Source: an uncultured virus (IMG/VR IMGVR_UViG_3300011223_000001)
Taxonomy: Duplodnaviria; Heunggongvirae; Uroviricota; Caudoviricetes
Direction: 5' to 3' (one strand)
DNA: 64,000 bases
IMG/VR virus record: IMGVR_UViG_3300011223_000001
Location: 62,001-126,000 of that record
A program made the position numbers and the translations under genes. The notes beneath the pieces were generated by a model. That model searched no databases, was not told the DNA's origin, and saw nothing but the letters and a program-made list of their open reading frames with translations. Every line of letters starts with the position of its first letter. Position 1 is the first letter of the stretch. Shown here in pieces: positions 39,362 to 48,600 of this stretch.

Positions 39362-39724
39362 ATGTCTGCACAAGACGATGTTAAGCAACAACTGGCTAAG
39401 CTTGCAGCAACCTTCGGTACCGTACAGCGTAACCGTGAAACACTCAAACCTGGTACGGTGCTTGAGGTTACCCGAGACCTTCGAAATCCACATGCCATGA
39501 CGGTGGGCAATGCACCTGCCGAAAGTGATTTTACGTTTTCGTTGGTAGTGGTCGCTGAGATCCAACCGGAGTTTGTAACCAGCTACTACACGCAGCGCGG
39601 CGGTACTAAGCTGCGCGTCATGCGCTTTGAAGAACGGGTACAAGTACTCGACACGCATGGCTTTCCACACCTGCTTTCCGAGTATACAACTTGGAAGGTG
39701 TTTGGTCCAGATGCAGACGCTTAA
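39362..39724 (+). CDS. hypothetical protein
   Basis: ORF in early island. Confidence 0.65.
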   Translation: MSAQDDVKQQLAKLAATFGTVQRNRETLKPGTVLEVTRDLRNPHAMTVGNAPAESDFTFSLVVVAEIQPEFVTSYYTQRGGTKLRVMRFEERVQVLDTHGFPHLLSEYTTWKVFGPDADA

Positions 39725-40175
39725 GCACTGCGACCTGTTCGAGACCCCAGGTGATGTTCGGGTGATTACTGTCAATTGCGTCGGGGCGATGGGACTTGGG
39801 ATTGCACAAGTCTTTCGTGACCGCTACGCAAAGCAGTATTGGGCTTATAAACGTCGTTGCAAAGGCGGGTACGTGCATTTAGGCGTACCTGAGTTGATCG
39901 TGACGGATGACGGTCTTAAGTGGCTGTTCTTCCCAACGAAATACAACTGGCGCAATAACTCCGAATATCACTGGATACAGTGGGGTTTGCAATACCTCAT
40001 CGATAACATCGGTGAGCCTGACTACGTCCAACACGACTGGAAGCTGGTGTTCCCACCTTTGGGGTGTGGACATGGCAATCTAGACTTCCATCATATCGCG
40101 CGGCTTATGGCCATGTTTGATGGTCATGTACCGAACGAAATCATCCTCATCGAACCACCGGGGTATGACGCATGA
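39711..40175 (+). CDS. macrodomain (Appr-1-p/DarG-like ADP-ribose hydrolase)
   Basis: DLF..TVNCVGAMGLGIA..F, FPTKYNWR..S, PPLGCGHGNL. Confidence 0.9.
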   Translation: MQTLKHCDLFETPGDVRVITVNCVGAMGLGIAQVFRDRYAKQYWAYKRRCKGGYVHLGVPELIVTDDGLKWLFFPTKYNWRNNSEYHWIQWGLQYLIDNIGEPDYVQHDWKLVFPPLGCGHGNLDFHHIARLMAMFDGHVPNEIILIEPPGYDA

Positions 40176-40441
40176 CCGAGACTAAAAAACGTAAACCCAA
40201 AATCACCACCTCACCCCCGCGTAACAAGCGCATCGTTATTCGCGATGACAACACCAGCACAGCAACTGAACTTGCTCGTGCGATGGGGGTACAACCCGGT
40301 CAGGTGATCAAGTGCTTGATCTCAAGCCCACCTCCATTCATAGCCACTACCCTCAACAACACCATTGAAGCCGATGCCATCCTCAAGGCAGCTACACACT
40401 TCGGTTTCACTGTCCCACAACTTACTAAAGACAAGGCCTGA
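40172..40441 (+). CDS. IF2 N-terminal-like domain protein
   Basis: TATELARAMGVQPGQVIKCL...TLNNTIEADAI..A..FGFTV fits the IF2_N repeat pattern. Confidence 0.6.
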   Translation: MTETKKRKPKITTSPPRNKRIVIRDDNTSTATELARAMGVQPGQVIKCLISSPPPFIATTLNNTIEADAILKAATHFGFTVPQLTKDKA

Positions 40442-40444
40442 CCC

Positions 40445-40894
40445 ATGAAGCAAGTAAACACCACAGCTGGTCTCTACTCCTCTCGCACCGCTGACAAGTT
40501 TGTGGTGCGTCTGCCAGATGGCATGCGTGAGCGCATCGCTGATCGCGCCCGCAACCACCACCGCTCCATGAACAGCGAGATCGTCGCTGTACTGGAACGT
40601 GACCTGGAGAACCCAACAAACGGCGATAAAGCCGCGCACCACGAACAACACACCAACCCGGATGCAGCAACCCCACTGCAAGTCGGCATGGTGGCGTACT
40701 ACGACTACAAGGACAACGGCGAGCTGGCCCTTGGTGTGATCCAGGCTATTGCGATCTCACTCGACGATGATGTCCATGTCACCTTTGACCTGCCGCGGGA
40801 CCGCAAGGGTCTGCCGACCGTAATTATCGGCAGTCACAAAGAAGACCCACGGATCTGGTTGCCGATCGATCGCGTACAGCCGTACCTGATCTAA
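40445..40894 (+). CDS. amrZ: Arc-family ribbon-helix-helix regulator, AmrZ/AlgZ homolog
   Basis: [41 protein letters not shown] is near-identical to the Pseudomonas AmrZ N-domain as recalled. Confidence 0.88.
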   Translation: MKQVNTTAGLYSSRTADKFVVRLPDGMRERIADRARNHHRSMNSEIVAVLERDLENPTNGDKAAHHEQHTNPDAATPLQVGMVAYYDYKDNGELALGVIQAIAISLDDDVHVTFDLPRDRKGLPTVIIGSHKEDPRIWLPIDRVQPYLI

Positions 40895-40909
40895 CCCAAG
40901 GGGTGTTGC

Positions 40910-41251
40910 ATGCAAGAGCTTCTGGCTCTGTATAAAGTCGTTCATGAGGCTGCTCAACACAACCTCATGGTCGTCCTTGTGTTCAACGCCCTGACCACCT
41001 TTGCCTTAGCCTTTGCTAAGGCATTCCAATCACGGAACATTGTGCTGGGTCACTATTGGTCGGCGTACGTTACCTCCTGGGGTGTTACTACCTTAGAGGT
41101 CACTAACGTCAGCCTGATTGTGGTAGGTGGTTGGTGGTTGATACTCTCCGCCGGTTTCGGTGGATCTCTAGGTTGCATCGCCGCGATGGCCATGCACGAA
41201 AAATACTTCATGAAGCGAAAGCTTGCCGAGGAGGCAAATCATGACTCGTAG
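40910..41251 (+). CDS. small multi-pass membrane protein
   Basis: About three hydrophobic segments; AFQSRNIV.GHY..A..TS motif. Confidence 0.75.
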   Translation: MQELLALYKVVHEAAQHNLMVVLVFNALTTFALAFAKAFQSRNIVLGHYWSAYVTSWGVTTLEVTNVSLIVVGGWWLILSAGFGGSLGCIAAMAMHEKYFMKRKLAEEANHDS

Positions 41252-42005
41252 TGCACGTAATGCCGGTGTTATCTACACTGTTCCTTTCCGCTCGATCGTT
41301 GAACCGGTCAAAAAAGACGACATCGTCAACACGATGATCCTACCTATGTCGTCTATTCCGGCCGGGGCCAACCCATTCGATCACGACGCTCACAACATGG
41401 GTACGTCTATTTCCCGTGACTGGATGGTGATGCATAGCGGCGACTTCAACGATCACGGCCACCAGAGTTTTTACCTGGTGAACACCGTCACCGGTCAACG
41501 CATTGGTTTGGACTTTGAAGCCAAAGAAAACCGCTTTACCGAGTCGGTGTGGGCTGGGATCAAAGACCTGGACGAATCGGAACTCTACGTCTGGTCGCGT
41601 AACTTCAACAAGGTCGAGTTCTACTCGTTGATCGACCACCTGCGTATCAAGTGGGGCAGTAAGTACGGCCTGTGGCGTGGCCACAAGTCATCGCCGACCT
41701 ATGTCTACATCGGCATGCACTTTGTGCGTATTGACGTTGTACTGGATGCTGAGGCCTTTGCTCGGTGGTGCGATGGCAATGAGATCTCGGTTGACTCCAC
41801 CCACCCTGCTGTGATCGCTGCACGGCGCTATGAAGCCGCACAACTGCTGATCGCTGGTACCAATGACGATGCCCCTGACTTCGTCATTGATCGTGACGCT
41901 GTCAGGAAGCGTCTGGTGCTGGACGATGAGCCACTGCGTCCGGAAGACACACTCCCGGTCGGTGACAAAGGTGTGCATGTTCGTGTAGTGGGGGATGCAG
42001 AATGA
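41241..42005 (+). CDS. hypothetical protein
   Basis: GAGGAGG RBS. Confidence 0.75.
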   Translation: MTRSARNAGVIYTVPFRSIVEPVKKDDIVNTMILPMSSIPAGANPFDHDAHNMGTSISRDWMVMHSGDFNDHGHQSFYLVNTVTGQRIGLDFEAKENRFTESVWAGIKDLDESELYVWSRNFNKVEFYSLIDHLRIKWGSKYGLWRGHKSSPTYVYIGMHFVRIDVVLDAEAFARWCDGNEISVDSTHPAVIAARRYEAAQLLIAGTNDDAPDFVIDRDAVRKRLVLDDEPLRPEDTLPVGDKGVHVRVVGDAE

Positions 42006-42385
42006 AAGAGCTCCTTGTAGAGATCACCAAAGTCCACGCTGAGCCGCAACCATGGCCAGCAGACTTCGACGGTCAGTACTTCCAGTTCCAGGATATGGAA
42101 GTCAGCTGGTATGGCAAACGCACTGGCATGCGTCCTGAGGATGGCGAAAACAGTGCAAGTCACGACTACCGCTTGTATGCGCTTGAGCATTCCCCTGAAC
42201 CCGGTAAGCTGATCTTCGGTATTAAAGAAGACATGACCCCGCAGTGCTACAACCCGTCTGCAAAAATCGTACTGGACCTTGCTAACCGAACAGTACAAGT
42301 TACTGAGATCGAGGCACACTGGGAAGATCAGATCGAGTTCTCCCCGGGCGAGTGCAATCCTGCGGCGATCTTCAAGTTCCTCTGA
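42002..42385 (+). CDS. hypothetical protein
   Basis: ATGA overlap with upstream gene. Confidence 0.7.
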   Translation: MKELLVEITKVHAEPQPWPADFDGQYFQFQDMEVSWYGKRTGMRPEDGENSASHDYRLYALEHSPEPGKLIFGIKEDMTPQCYNPSAKIVLDLANRTVQVTEIEAHWEDQIEFSPGECNPAAIFKFL

Positions 42386-42430
42386 CGATATACGGCCAGT
42401 CTTGAAGGACTGGCCTTTGAATGAAAGAGA

Positions 42431-42447
42431 TTTGAGATCTATATCAC
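42431..42447 (+). promoter_or_regulatory. putative early promoter
   Basis: TTTGAGATCTATATCAC after a hairpin at about 42394-42415. Confidence 0.7.
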
Positions 42448-42502
42448 GCACGTGAGTATGGAGCTTCACCCTATTCCTATCTGCCCTTTAAGGACAAACA
42501 CG

Positions 42503-42688
42503 ATGACTAAAATCAAAACTGCATTTGCCACCGCTATTGTGTTGGTTACGTTGGCAAGTACCGCCACGGCGGCAACTGTGATGTACAAGGTGAGTCAACT
42601 CGAAACCAAGACCACCACCGATAGCCGCGCTGTGTTGGGTCATCGTGTTACGCCATCGGGTCAGGAGGTGCTGGTTTATGCGCGCTAA
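42503..42688 (+). CDS. small protein with signal peptide/TM
   Basis: TAAGGA RBS, hydrophobic N-terminus. Confidence 0.65.
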   Translation: MTKIKTAFATAIVLVTLASTATAATVMYKVSQLETKTTTDSRAVLGHRVTPSGQEVLVYAR

Positions 42689-42992
42689 GAAGCGGCTTAA
42701 CCCAGCGCAAGCAGAAGAGCGTGCGAATTTCTACCGCCTTCTCAAATCTGTGTCAGGGGGCAGTCGCTTCCTGCACCGCCAAACCCGTGTTCTGATCAAC
42801 CATGTCGCGGGTTTGGATTGCTGTGACCGGCTTTACCATTGCAGCGGTTACCGCTACAGTGTTGCTACGTATGACGCTGTGCTGATGAGTGGAAAAGACT
42901 CTGTTCAGACGTGCAGCGAAAAGGCCATGGACGTGGTGGAACACATCCGCAACTACGTTCGTAAAAACGACCAAACTTACAATGACGTTTAG
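42678..42992 (+). CDS. hypothetical protein
   Basis: AGGAGGT RBS. Confidence 0.6.
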   Translation: MRAKKRLNPAQAEERANFYRLLKSVSGGSRFLHRQTRVLINHVAGLDCCDRLYHCSGYRYSVATYDAVLMSGKDSVQTCSEKAMDVVEHIRNYVRKNDQTYNDV

Positions 42993-43004
42993 GGGTACAA
43001 GAAC

Positions 43005-43217
43005 ATGAGCGATTTCTTCGAGATGCGTGAAGCAGCCGAGCGCATTTTGGCCGATAAAAAGGATCGCAAGCTGCACGGTCGTATTTACTGCGCATTCCTG
43101 CTCCTGGTTATCGGGGTAGGTTTTGGCGCCGCCAAACACGCGGTTGCACCACCTGCGGTGCAACCACACATCGTTTCTAATCCGACCTTCACGTTCACGA
43201 TGGTCGCCACTAAGTAA
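43005..43217 (+). CDS. small single-TM protein
   Basis: TM IYCAFLLLVIGVGFGAA. Confidence 0.65.
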   Translation: MSDFFEMREAAERILADKKDRKLHGRIYCAFLLLVIGVGFGAAKHAVAPPAVQPHIVSNPTFTFTMVATK

Positions 43218-43229
43218 GAGGGTACAACC

Positions 43230-43562
43230 ATGGCAATTAAAATTGGCGGTTTTGCCGCATTCTTCATCACCGCAGTAGTGGTCGCCGGCGCTGAGCGCAT
43301 CGTACACACCGTGGTGAATCGTCCGAAGGCTAAACGCAAGTCCGCAGCACAGGAGCGTTTCTGGCTCGCGCTGGACAAAGCGTACGTGAACCAAAAGGCA
43401 CTGGCCAAAGATCAGTCGGCTGAGGAGTTCGAAGAGGACGTCAAGGTAGCAGTCAGAGCCGAATACGACGCAGCCGTCTTGGACACCCGCGATGAAGCTG
43501 AACTGGAAACATTCCGGCAATTGCTGCAATCGAAATGGGAAGCACTGTACGCCAGGAAGTGA
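43230..43562 (+). CDS. hypothetical membrane-anchored protein
   Basis: GAGGG RBS, N-terminal TM. Confidence 0.7.
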   Translation: MAIKIGGFAAFFITAVVVAGAERIVHTVVNRPKAKRKSAAQERFWLALDKAYVNQKALAKDQSAEEFEEDVKVAVRAEYDAAVLDTRDEAELETFRQLLQSKWEALYARK

Positions 43563-43629
43563 ATCACCCCCTCCCCTTCGGGGGAGGGCTTTATTCTCTG
43601 TAAGGTTTTTCTTTTTAACAGGAGGCAAC

Positions 43630-43992
43630 ATGGAACAGTTTTACAAATTGCTGGAGTCGGCTAAGGTCGACAAAGAACACATCCATCGCAAGATGGTGTT
43701 GTTGTCCTTGACCATCACCCGGGAACCTGCCCTCAAACCACTGGCGGATGATCCGGCTTATGTGCGTGCTGTCGACGCCTACCGTGAGGTCCTGAGCGAT
43801 CCCCATGGCGCTGTCCGCGACATGAACCTTACCCAGCTCAATGCTTGGAAACAGGACGTGGAAGACAAGACCAAGATCGTGCTCGACATCGTCAGTGCCT
43901 TCTGCGAGAAGAATAAGAAGGCTTTGAAGAAAGCCAAGCCCATCGAAAACAAACTCATCGCCAACGTGCTGTCACACTCGAAGACGAACTAG
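43630..43992 (+). CDS. hypothetical protein
   Basis: AGGAGG RBS. Confidence 0.75.
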   Translation: MEQFYKLLESAKVDKEHIHRKMVLLSLTITREPALKPLADDPAYVRAVDAYREVLSDPHGAVRDMNLTQLNAWKQDVEDKTKIVLDIVSAFCEKNKKALKKAKPIENKLIANVLSHSKTN

Positions 43993-44004
43993 AAGGTCAT
44001 AGCC

Positions 44005-44406
44005 ATGTCTAACCAGAAGACGCAACTCCTAGCCGGTCAAACCCTAAAAGAGATGGGCGAACATGCTTGTACCCTGTCGGCACTCGGTTTGGGTCGGTTC
44101 CACCGTTGGGAATTCGGCCGCACCGGTGGTCTTGTTTTTGCCACCGATTGCTACTGCGTGTTTTTCAACGCAGACGGCGTGGCCTTTACCGGCGTCTTCA
44201 GTGTGTTTGCAGACCGCGAATACAAAAGAAAGTTCATGGAGATCGCTACGGAGCTCCGTAAGCGACGCTTCGCCCTCGATGAGCTCTTCGAGATGATGGA
44301 CAGCCTGCAAATGGTCAATGGTACCAGCAAGCTGAACATCTTCCGTCTGGAAGAGTACGAACAGCAGTTCAAAGCCCATATTGAACAAACAGGGGATAAC
44401 CTATGA
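44005..44406 (+). CDS. hypothetical protein
   Basis: AAGG RBS, operon continuity. Confidence 0.7.
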   Translation: MSNQKTQLLAGQTLKEMGEHACTLSALGLGRFHRWEFGRTGGLVFATDCYCVFFNADGVAFTGVFSVFADREYKRKFMEIATELRKRRFALDELFEMMDSLQMVNGTSKLNIFRLEEYEQQFKAHIEQTGDNL

Positions 44407-44717
44407 CGTTGTATATGTTGGCGATCTGGATCACTACCAGTGCCTGGAGCGAGGTCGTGTTAACGATCGGCGTTGCGGCGATGGTGCTCATGTTACTGAT
44501 GTATCTGTTAGCTGAGCGCAAACATGAACGCAGTATGGCGGTAGCTTACATTGACCCGGACGATCCAGAACCCGATATGACCTTGTCATCCATAAAAGCT
44601 GAATGGGTCCAGTTGCGCAAACGAGCACGTACGTGGATGGGTTGGTTTTACATTATCCTGGCCGTGATGATGACGTATATTGGATTAATGGCAGCCGCCA
44701 GCCATTACCTTCGTTAA
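44403..44717 (+). CDS. small membrane protein
   Basis: Two to three TM segments. Confidence 0.7.
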   Translation: MTLYMLAIWITTSAWSEVVLTIGVAAMVLMLLMYLLAERKHERSMAVAYIDPDDPEPDMTLSSIKAEWVQLRKRARTWMGWFYIILAVMMTYIGLMAAASHYLR

Positions 44718-44770
44718 CGACATAAAGCCCCTCCCGGTTGGGAGGGGCTTATGCCGCTTTTTCTTTTTTT
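44718..44770. terminator. CGACATA...TATGCCG bidirectional terminator
   Basis: AAGCCCCTCCC GGTT GGGAGGGGCTT plus T tract between convergent genes. Confidence 0.85.
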
Positions 44771-45830
44771 ACTTCAGCATGAGTTCCAAGTAGACGATCA
44801 TCGCCTCACCCACACCGGCGATACGTTCTTCGAGTTGGCGCACGAAGTTGTAGCCGAATTCGTTGTAGGTGTCCATGTCCCACTCGGCCTCACTCAGGGC
44901 ACCATCGACTTCATCGTAATCGATGAATCCGCGGACGGGTGGGTCAGTGAAGTCGAAGCCCATCAGGCTCACGTCGCTGATGTATTCCTCAACGACTGCG
45001 TAGGTTTCGCACAGCACCTTTAGTTCTTTTACCAGCGCAATCAACTCAGCTTTCTTCAGGCGCGGTACAGTTACTTCACCTCGGTCAGGGAGTTCACCTG
45101 GATCGGCAAAAAAGACTTTCTGGCCAGTGGAAGGCGATACTGACAGGAACGGTCTTTTGCCCCAGCCGAGGTAGCTGTACCCATTGTCGGTCCACCGGTC
45201 AGCCAGACCATGGGTGCATTTGGCGTTGATGCCTTGGATCACCTTGACGAACTGTGGAACGTTCTCATCGGTGGGTTCGATGCACCACGGCTTGAACTGA
45301 CGATCGATGTCAGCCAAGAATGCTTTCATGCGGTCGAGTTCGGGCTTGGCCTTGGCAAACGCGGCGCGGTATTGCGTGGCATCTGATTTCAGTGCCTGTT
45401 GCAGCCGTACGTTAGCCGGGAAGAATGGTGCGTAATGTTTGGGAATGGTGACTTCACCCTCCTGGTCTTGATACGCCGCGATCAGTCCTTCCACTTCTTC
45501 GTCCAGCCAAACGAGACGTTTCCAGAACGGGACGTTTTCTTGTTTGGCTTCAGCTTCCTTCTTACCGCCGAGGATGAACTGTTTGATGCTGCTGAGCAAC
45601 CCCTCAAGCGACACCACCCGCTTCTTGATGTCTTCACCTTGTTGGTAGGCTTCTGCTGACACATGTGGGTACTCAGCCAACAGAGCGTCAGCTACGGCGT
45701 TGAAGCGAACGATCTTATCATGGTTCTCCAGGCTGACGTTGCGTTGGAGACGAATGCCCTGCATGAGTGTTTTGCGGACGCGTTTAAGGTGGTCTTCGGC
45801 GACGGCAAGGTCGGCGGCGTTAATCATCAC
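44769..45830 (-). CDS. internal head protein paralog
   Basis: VSLE/VSAE/VSLE sites then GLLSSIKQFI amphipathic helix; AGGAG RBS. Confidence 0.78.
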   Translation of the reverse strand: MMINAADLAVAEDHLKRVRKTLMQGIRLQRNVSLENHDKIVRFNAVADALLAEYPHVSAEAYQQGEDIKKRVVSLEGLLSSIKQFILGGKKEAEAKQENVPFWKRLVWLDEEVEGLIAAYQDQEGEVTIPKHYAPFFPANVRLQQALKSDATQYRAAFAKAKPELDRMKAFLADIDRQFKPWCIEPTDENVPQFVKVIQGINAKCTHGLADRWTDNGYSYLGWGKRPFLSVSPSTGQKVFFADPGELPDRGEVTVPRLKKAELIALVKELKVLCETYAVVEEYISDVSLMGFDFTDPPVRGFIDYDEVDGALSEAEWDMDTYNEFGYNFVRQLEERIAGVGEAMIVYLELMLK

Positions 45831-45896
45831 AAGCTCCTAGTGTGTGTGGTTCTTCATACGATAACGGCATAAGCCTGCCCGCAGGCAGGCCTAGGT

Positions 45897-46355
45897 TCAT
45901 TGGTCGTAATCGGCAAAGATAATGGTGGGATGATCAACCTCATAGCGCACGTATGAATAATCGTCAGTCAGCACGCACTGTTGGTTGATCTCAATCGAAG
46001 CCCCTTGATTCTCAAGGTGTACCTCAACATCGCGAACGCTTTCAACCACCAGTTCAGGCCAGCGTTCCATGCACTGGCGACGCAGTTCTTCGTAGAAGCT
46101 GTGACGGTTCTTGTCACGCAGGTAGACCTTGATCTTTTTCCCAGTTGCTGTTTTCCCTTCACGTAACGCAGTGCGCAGTACCTCATCGACAAAATGTTGG
46201 TAATGCTGTCCCATAGAACGCCTCATGCATGTTTGTAAGTAATCAGGATTGTCTCGGCATTCGGCCAAGATTAACCGCCGGGTGAAAGCAGACAAGGTGT
46301 CATCCCACGGGTCAATGTCTGCAAGCACCGGCCGGTTTAGGCGGCATCCCACCAT
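45897..46355 (-). CDS. conserved hypothetical protein
   Basis: GAGGA RBS, overlaps DnaB stop. Confidence 0.65.
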   Translation of the reverse strand: MVGCRLNRPVLADIDPWDDTLSAFTRRLILAECRDNPDYLQTCMRRSMGQHYQHFVDEVLRTALREGKTATGKKIKVYLRDKNRHSFYEELRRQCMERWPELVVESVRDVEVHLENQGASIEINQQCVLTDDYSYVRYEVDHPTIIFADYDQ

Positions 46356-47875
46356 GGCATTTCCTCACTGGTACCAGCACGACCACCACCAGGGGCTGCT
46401 ACACTGCGATCTTCACCATCAACGTCCCAAGGGATCGTACCGACGATCTCGAACGGCAATACGCAGTACTGGTCTTTGGTGGAGGTCACAACGTTACGGT
46501 GTTTACCACGGGCGATGGTAAGGTACTTCTTGCCGTTGACTTCGACGATGTGGATCATCAGCTCCAGGTCAGGTTCTTGACCCAAGCGCCGGCAACCGTC
46601 GTAGTAGCCTTTGTTAGCCACGTTACGAACGAAGTCGTCCACGTTATCGCGGGTCAGCTGCAACGCTTCAGACGAGAGCTGGTGCGGCGAGAGGAACGTG
46701 ATACCGCGTGGTGAGGTGTAGTTACGCACACGGCGGAACAACAGTCGAACGTCATCACCGATCGCCTTGGCCTCCAACCCAGTCTTCGGCAACATGTTCA
46801 GGTAGTCGACGATCAACATCTGAATCTCGTAACCTTCGGCGATCAGACCATCGAGGTGGTTGATCAGTGCCGCTGCCGAGAACTCAGTCGGGTCGAAGCG
46901 GTCCATACGGACTTCAAAGCCCGTCTCACGCAGGCGCGCCGAAACATAAGCCGCTGCCTCACCGATGTCGATCTGGTCTTCAATAACCGGTTGCCCAGTC
47001 TCGTTCTCCTTGAGGTACTTGTAAATCCACAGCAGGTTGTCGGCCACCTCGTTTTCGAACGAGATGAATTGGATCAATGGCTTTTTGGTTGCATCACGCA
47101 TCACTGGCTTGTTGAACAAGCTAAAGTGTACAAACAGCGAAAGCATAAAGCCTGATTTAAATTGGTGCTGCAAACCACCGACGATGCCGAACTCACCGCG
47201 CTTGACTGCGCCCAGTTTACCGAGCATGCGGTTCAATGCTTGCCAGCCGGTACGGAAAGCCCCCTCGGCAGACAGCAGGTTCTTCACGGCCTCGAAGGAT
47301 TTCTCGATGTTCCCCACGTCAGAGAAATCGATACCTCCCATTTGCGCCGGATGGTTCATCCGCTCACGCGCGGCCAGGTAGGGCTCCAGCCGATGACCCA
47401 TCTCGGCCATCTCGGTAACGACGTCAGCCACGGAGGCACGTTTGAACGTCAGCTTATGGTGGTACTCTTTCAAGATCCCGGTGATCTTGTCTTCGTTCAG
47501 GTACGTTGACAGTTTCCGGCGATACGATTGAATCCGTTTGATGACTTCGGTGTTGTCAGCAAAGGTTTCGGTCAGGGCGATGGCCAAGGCTTCGTAGAGG
47601 TACTCTTCCTCCCGACAGGCCACACGCAGTTGTTGGAGGATCTCGGTGTCGGTGGGAAACTCTTCGCCGTGCTGTGAGCACAACCAAAGCACGATCTTGT
47701 AGATTTCGGTGAAGATCAGTCGACCACTGTCAATATCGATGGTCGATTCAGGTTGGGGTATGGAGTTGACGATCTCGGTGATGATGTTGGTCGACGGTGA
47801 CGTCGCCACCCCAGGTCGATGTTCGAGGCACAACAGGCTAATGCACTGGATCAGTAGCTGTTTAGGAGTAAACAT
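46337..47875 (-). CDS. DnaB-like replicative helicase (phiKZ gp118-like)
   Basis: TGWQALNRML, variant Walker A GLQHQFKS, ISFEN, IVDYL, PHQLS, RGKHR. Confidence 0.9.
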   Translation of the reverse strand: MFTPKQLLIQCISLLCLEHRPGVATSPSTNIITEIVNSIPQPESTIDIDSGRLIFTEIYKIVLWLCSQHGEEFPTDTEILQQLRVACREEEYLYEALAIALTETFADNTEVIKRIQSYRRKLSTYLNEDKITGILKEYHHKLTFKRASVADVVTEMAEMGHRLEPYLAARERMNHPAQMGGIDFSDVGNIEKSFEAVKNLLSAEGAFRTGWQALNRMLGKLGAVKRGEFGIVGGLQHQFKSGFMLSLFVHFSLFNKPVMRDATKKPLIQFISFENEVADNLLWIYKYLKENETGQPVIEDQIDIGEAAAYVSARLRETGFEVRMDRFDPTEFSAAALINHLDGLIAEGYEIQMLIVDYLNMLPKTGLEAKAIGDDVRLLFRRVRNYTSPRGITFLSPHQLSSEALQLTRDNVDDFVRNVANKGYYDGCRRLGQEPDLELMIHIVEVNGKKYLTIARGKHRNVVTSTKDQYCVLPFEIVGTIPWDVDGEDRSVAAPGGGRAGTSEEMPWWDAA

Positions 47876-48005
47876 TCTTTTGTAATCCGTAACCGAGTAT
47901 TTTTACTAACGTATGATGAACACGTCCTGTATTAGTTTGTAGAGTATATTTGTATGAAGGTTTTGACACCCGAAGAAGCCTATGTTCCCCGCAGGTGAGC
48001 GCGAT

Positions 48006-48515
48006 ATGACTACGTTAGTGGTGGTACCGAGAGACGTCGCCGCAGTCATCGAGGGTCAGAGCCTTAGCTTTGACCTGTTCAAAGATACTAACAGTATGTT
48101 AAAGTATCTGTCCGCTGCTGACGTGGCTGACATCATGATTGCGTCCAACGACTTTCCATTCGATTACAGCTTCATGTTTACTATTGATATGGAGCAAAAG
48201 CTGCATGAGTACATGCAAGCGAACCAACTTACCGATAGGGCCCGCCGCATTCAAAGCCGTTTAGAGACCGCCCAGCTGAAATACGCTGCGGAGGTTGACA
48301 GCTTTGTGCCGGTGTATCAGCTTTATTGTGTAGACGAGAAGCTATGGGTTGCGGTGCAGCAGAAGCAGCACACCGGTGAATGCGATCCTAAACGCCTTCT
48401 TCTAAAAGCGAACAGCGAGTTCTTCGACGCGCTGCTTGCTCAAGCGTCGCATACTACATCTTTTGAGAAAGTATGTGCTACCAACCTGTTCAACGATTAT
48501 TTGAGCTCGCTTTGA
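48006..48515 (+). CDS. conserved protein (phiKZ gp119-like)
   Basis: Located between DnaB and MCP. Confidence 0.7.
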   Translation: MTTLVVVPRDVAAVIEGQSLSFDLFKDTNSMLKYLSAADVADIMIASNDFPFDYSFMFTIDMEQKLHEYMQANQLTDRARRIQSRLETAQLKYAAEVDSFVPVYQLYCVDEKLWVAVQQKQHTGECDPKRLLLKANSEFFDALLAQASHTTSFEKVCATNLFNDYLSSL

Positions 48516-48600
48516 TTAATACACTTATGTGTATGGGTTAGAACGCGTTTAGGTAACCCTGCTTAAGCAGCAAACAGAAAATCTCTATAGGGACCGTTCC

